Assembly: GCA_963760875.1 (NCBI GenBank)
Contig: CAVXEH010000017.1
Coordinates: 20,690 to 84,689 of the forward strand
Length of the DNA stretch: 64,000 nucleotides
Reading direction: 5' to 3'
Source: an uncultured Chloroflexia bacterium
GTDB lineage: Bacteria > Chloroflexota > Limnocylindria > QHBO01
Each line of letters begins with the position of its first letter. Position 1 is the stretch's first letter. Shown here piece by piece: positions 60,186 to 64,000 of the stretch. The translations under genes and the position numbers were made by a program. Below the pieces are notes generated by a model, which saw only the letters and a list, made by a program, of their open reading frames with translations, was not told the DNA's origin and ran no database searches.

Positions 60186-61117
60186 GCCGCAGGGACCTGG
60201 ATCGCCTCGACGCGCTGGCCGACGAGCGCGGGATCACCCTGGAGCGCGATGTGCCGATGGCACCGCTCACGACGCTGCGGGTCGGCGGTCCGGCGGATCG
60301 CCTGGTCCTGGCGCGCGACGCCGCCGCCCTGCTGGCCGCCCTGCGCCTGGCCCGCGACGCCGGCGTCCCCCCGTTCCTCCTGGGCAACGGCAGCGACCTG
60401 GTGGTCGCCGACGCCGGGATCCGCGGGCTCGTGATCCGCAACCGGGCGCGCAGCGTCCGGATCGAGGGGACGCGGGTGACCGCCGACGCCGGCGCGGCCA
60501 TGGCCATGCTGGTGAAGCGCTGCGTGGGCGCGGGCCTGGCCGGGCTCGAGTTCGGCATCAGCATCCCCGGAACGCTGGGCGGTGCGGTGTGGGCGAACGC
60601 GGGCGCCCACGAGCGCGAGATGCGCGACGTGGTGTTCAGCGTCGATGCCTGGTCGCCATCGGACGATACCGTGCGCAGCGTGGCCGCGGCGGACTGCGCC
60701 TTTGCCTACCGCGACTCGCGCTTCAAGCACTCCGACGAGGTGGTCCTGGCGGCGGTCCTTGCCCTGGAGCGCGGCGACCCCGGGGCGATTGGCGCCCAGG
60801 TCGCGGCCCACCAGGCCCGGCGCCTGGCGACGCAGCCGCTGGCCGACCAGAACGCCGGCAGCGTCTTCCGCAACCCCGAGGGAGACTTTGCCGGGAGGCT
60901 CGCCGATGCGGCGGGCCTCAAGGGCTTTCGCATCGGGACGGCCAGCGTGAGCACCCGGCACGCCAACTTCATCGTCAGCGATCGCGGCGGCCGCGCAGCG
61001 GACGTGCTGGCGGTGGGGGAGCACGTGCGGCGCACCATCGCCGATCGCTTCGGCGTCGCACTCTCCTACGAGATCGAGTTCGTCGGCGACTGGCCGGCGG
61101 GGGAGGCATCCGCATGA
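60182..61117 (+). CDS. murB: UDP-N-acetylenolpyruvoylglucosamine reductase
   Basis: TTLRVGGPA, LGNGS, IPGTLGGAVWANAGA, YRDS, AGSVFRNP, HANFI. Confidence 0.95.
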   Translation: MSRRDLDRLDALADERGITLERDVPMAPLTTLRVGGPADRLVLARDAAALLAALRLARDAGVPPFLLGNGSDLVVADAGIRGLVIRNRARSVRIEGTRVTADAGAAMAMLVKRCVGAGLAGLEFGISIPGTLGGAVWANAGAHEREMRDVVFSVDAWSPSDDTVRSVAAADCAFAYRDSRFKHSDEVVLAAVLALERGDPGAIGAQVAAHQARRLATQPLADQNAGSVFRNPEGDFAGRLADAAGLKGFRIGTASVSTRHANFIVSDRGGRAADVLAVGEHVRRTIADRFGVALSYEIEFVGDWPAGEASA

Positions 61118-62274
61118 CCGGACGCGCCGCGCCGCGCCGCAGGGTGGGCGTCTTTGCCGGCGGCCGTTCCGCCGAGCACGAGGTGAGCATCAGCTCCGCG
61201 GAAGCGGTGCTGCGCGCCATCGATCGGGAGCGTTTCGAGCCCTTCCTGATCTACATCGATCGCGACGGCCGATGGCACCTTCCGGCAGGGCCTGCGCCGG
61301 AGCTGGGAAGCAGCTCCCTCGCCGACCTGCTGGGCGCGGAGACGCCCACGGCCCAGGTGGCGCGCCTTCGAGCCGGCGGCGGCCTGCCGGTGCCGAGCGC
61401 GCCGGACGCCAACGCGCTCGATTCGCGTCAGGCCCTGCGCTCGCTCGCCGACGCCATCGACATCGCCTTCCTGGTCATCCACGGGCCGTTCGGCGAGGAC
61501 GGGACCCTGCAGGGCTTCCTGGAGATGGCGGGGATTCCCTACACCGGCGCCGGCGTCCTCGCCAGCGCCCTGGCCATGGACAAGGTCGTCTTCAAGGACC
61601 TCATGCGCGGGCACGGCCTGCCGATCGTGCCGTTCACCTGGTTCCGCCGCACGGCGTGGCGCGCCACCCCGGAGCTCGTGGTGCGCGACGCCATCGGGGT
61701 GGTCGGCGAGCGCTCGGTCGTCAAGCCGGCCAGGCTGGGGAGCAGCGTGGGCATGACCCTGGTGCATGCGGCCGCGGAGCTTCCGGGCGCCCTCGAGACC
61801 GCGTTCCGGTACGACGCAAAGGCCATCGTGGAGCATTACCTTCCGGGCGCGCGGGAGCTCGAATGCGGCGTGCTGGGCAACGACGAGCCGATCGTCTTCG
61901 AGCCGGGCGAGGTGCGCAGCCACCACGAGTGGTACGACTACGAGGCCAAGTACGTCGAGGGCCTTGCGGACGTGGACGCACGCGCCGATGTCGAGCCCGC
62001 CCTCGCGACCCGCCTCAAGGAGCTGGCCCTCGCCGCCTACCGCGCCGTGGACGCCGCCGGCCTTGCCCGTGTCGACTTCCTGGTCAACGCCGAGGGCATC
62101 TTCATCAGCGAGATGAACACGCTTCCGGGCTTCACCACCACGAGCATGTACCCCAAGCAGGCGCAGCTGGCCGGCATCGGCTTCGCCGAGCTCATCGCGC
62201 GGCTCATCGACCTGGGCTTCGAGGCTGCGCGCGACGAGCAGGATCGCGCCGGCGCAGGCGAGGCGCGCGGATGA
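61114..62274 (+). CDS. ddl: D-Ala-D-Ala ligase
   Basis: GGRSAEHEVS, HGPFGEDGTLQG, GSSVG, YDYEAKY, EMNTLPGFT. Confidence 0.95.
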   Translation: MTGRAAPRRRVGVFAGGRSAEHEVSISSAEAVLRAIDRERFEPFLIYIDRDGRWHLPAGPAPELGSSSLADLLGAETPTAQVARLRAGGGLPVPSAPDANALDSRQALRSLADAIDIAFLVIHGPFGEDGTLQGFLEMAGIPYTGAGVLASALAMDKVVFKDLMRGHGLPIVPFTWFRRTAWRATPELVVRDAIGVVGERSVVKPARLGSSVGMTLVHAAAELPGALETAFRYDAKAIVEHYLPGARELECGVLGNDEPIVFEPGEVRSHHEWYDYEAKYVEGLADVDARADVEPALATRLKELALAAYRAVDAAGLARVDFLVNAEGIFISEMNTLPGFTTTSMYPKQAQLAGIGFAELIARLIDLGFEAARDEQDRAGAGEARG

Positions 62275-63251
62275 AGGTCAAACGCGGCGAAGGGCAGCCT
62301 CGCGGTGCTCGGCGTCGGGGCGCCGAGCCGACGACGCCGGCCCCGCGCACCCGCGAGCCACGACGGGCGGCCGCGCGGCCGCCCGCCCGGCCCCGGCGCG
62401 GGGCGGACCATGCCCGGCCCCGCGGTCCGCGGATCCGCCTTCCCCGGCTGGGAGGTGGTTCGTCCGGCGCGCGGATCCTGGCCGCCCTGCTGGCGCTCGG
62501 CTGCGCCGGCGCCCTCATCTTCCTCGCCAACGGCCCGTGGCTGCGGGTCTCGTCCGTGGCCTGGGCCGGCGTCCGCTACACCGCCGACGATCGCCTCGCC
62601 GCCGTCCTCGACCCGGTGCGGGGCACGAGCCTGCTGACCGTCGACGCCGGCGCCCTGACGCGGCAGCTCGAGGCGCTTCCGGCGGTCGCGTCGGCGCAGG
62701 TGCAGACGCGCTTCCCTGACGGCGTCGCGGTCGAGCTCGTGGAGAAGACGCCGGCCTTCATCTGGCGGACCTCGGCGGTGCAGCTGGTCGTGGCCGCGGA
62801 CGGGAGCGTCTTCGGGGAGGTGGCCCGGACTGCCGCGCTGCCCGCGGACCTCGCGAGCCTGCCCTTCGTGGACGACCAGCGTGCCGCGTCGCGCAACCTC
62901 ATCATCGGGGACCGGGTTCCCGCCGAGGACCTGACCACCGCCCTGCGCCTGGAGGGCCTCGACCCGGCCGCCCTGGGCTCGACGGCCGCGGGCCTCTCGG
63001 TGCGCCTGGACGACACCTGCGGCTACTCGATCCAGCCGCGGGCGCCAGGTTCCTGGCGGGCGATCTTCGGGTCCTACGCCCTCCAGGAAGGCGATGCGGC
63101 AGCGATCACCGCCCGCATAACCGACCAGGTCGACGCGGTCCGCACCCTCTTCGCCGCCCACCGCGAGAACACGGTGGGCTGGGTGGATGCCCGGAACCCC
63201 GGGAAGGTATATTGGCGGCCGAACGGCCCGGGTGGCTCGGACACATGCTGA
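62271..63251 (+). CDS. ftsQ: FtsQ/DivIB cell division protein
   Basis: Basic tail, TM, POTRA region (LEALPAVASAQVQTRFPD...VE), C-terminal VDAR. Confidence 0.85.
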   Translation: MKVKRGEGQPRGARRRGAEPTTPAPRTREPRRAAARPPARPRRGADHARPRGPRIRLPRLGGGSSGARILAALLALGCAGALIFLANGPWLRVSSVAWAGVRYTADDRLAAVLDPVRGTSLLTVDAGALTRQLEALPAVASAQVQTRFPDGVAVELVEKTPAFIWRTSAVQLVVAADGSVFGEVARTAALPADLASLPFVDDQRAASRNLIIGDRVPAEDLTTALRLEGLDPAALGSTAAGLSVRLDDTCGYSIQPRAPGSWRAIFGSYALQEGDAAAITARITDQVDAVRTLFAAHRENTVGWVDARNPGKVYWRPNGPGGSDTC

Positions 63252-63296
63252 CGTCGGCCCGCGGTCCCCATCCAGCGGCTATCGGTACCGTTCCTG

Positions 63297-63620
63297 ATGT
63301 GGCTTCCCCTGATCGGCCTGGCGGTCGGCATTGCGCTCGGGCTCATCTTTGGCGTCAACGTCAGCCCGGACCTGGCGCGGTACAGCGCCGTCGGGATCCT
63401 GGCCGGACTCGATTCGGTGCTGGGCGCCATTCGGGCCCAGCTCGACGCCCACTACGACAACCGGGTCTTCCTCTCCGGGTTCGTGACGAACGCGATCGTC
63501 GCCATCCTGCTGACCTTCGTCGGCGATCGGCTGGGGATCGACCTGTACCTGGTGGCGCTGTTCGCCTTCGGGTTGCGCATCTTCCAAAACGTGGCGCTCA
63601 TTCGGCGCCACTTCCTGTAA
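63297..63620 (+). CDS. sbp: Small basic protein (DUF1290)
   Basis: YSAVGILAGLDSVLG...FLSGFVTN...GLRIFQNVALIRR. Confidence 0.9.
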   Translation: MWLPLIGLAVGIALGLIFGVNVSPDLARYSAVGILAGLDSVLGAIRAQLDAHYDNRVFLSGFVTNAIVAILLTFVGDRLGIDLYLVALFAFGLRIFQNVALIRRHFL

Positions 63621-63668
63621 GGTCGAATCATCCGTCCGCCCCGGCTGGGCGCGCGTTCAGGAGGTAGC

Positions 63669-64000
63669 TTGGACAGGGAGACGGTCCTCGTCGGCATCGA
63701 CGCCGGCACGACAAAGGTCACGACCCTCATCGGCGAGGTCGGTCGGTCAGGCGACGTCAACATCATCGGCTACGGCATCGGCCCGTCGGTCGGGATGAAG
63801 AAGGGGATGGTCGCCAACATCGACCAGACCGTGAACTCGGTCGCCCAGAGCATCGAGAAGGCCGAGCGCCTGTCCGGGTACAAGATCAGCTCCGCGTTCG
63901 TGTCGGTCGGCGGCAGCCACATCACCAGCCAGAACAGCCGGGGCGTGGTGGCGGTCTCCGGGCACAGGCGCGAGGTGAGCCGCGAGGACGTGGCCCGCGC
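63669..64000 (+). CDS. ftsA: Cell division protein FtsA (3'-truncated by window edge)
   Basis: AGGAGG then TTG; MDRETVLVGIDAGTTKV...GMKKGMVANID...AERLSG (not in the ORF track). Confidence 0.92.
   Translation, partial: MDRETVLVGIDAGTTKVTTLIGEVGRSGDVNIIGYGIGPSVGMKKGMVANIDQTVNSVAQSIEKAERLSGYKISSAFVSVGGSHITSQNSRGVVAVSGHRREVSREDVAR

Overview
High-GC (roughly 70%) bacterial chromosomal segment, mostly core genome. Chloroflexota is my inference from gene style, the sbp-containing dcw cluster and the Cys/His-domain membrane protein; it is not proven. In order: (1) end of a Crp/Fnr regulator and a NarL-type two-component cluster flanked by two ABC exporters, one with a frameshifted permease; (2) a xylose locus (xylR, xylFHG, xylAB, SDR, Gfo/Idh/MocA, aldose epimerase) that also carries an ASPIC/UnbV FG-GAP protein and an RnfD/UnbU-like membrane protein; (3) an AhpD-like gene and cydABDC (cydC frameshifted); (4) small hypotheticals, a structured intergenic RNA candidate, parB-parA, a DnaA box and tRNA-Ile2(CAU); (5) a propionyl-CoA to succinyl-CoA/TCA block (carboxylase subunits, methylmalonyl-CoA mutase and epimerase, sucCD, icd, sdhCDAB), rnhA and a reduced RNase P RNA; (6) the dcw cluster mraZ to ftsA without murE and murC. 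The most notable observation is an 18-bp palindrome (consensus TGTCTTTGCGCAAAGACA) seen three times within 3.2 kb around parAB, one copy inside parB, next to a ParB with a divergent recognition helix. This suggests a ParABS system with a non-canonical centromere. No CRISPR array, prophage or IS was seen. All calls come from reading motifs by eye; no searches were run.
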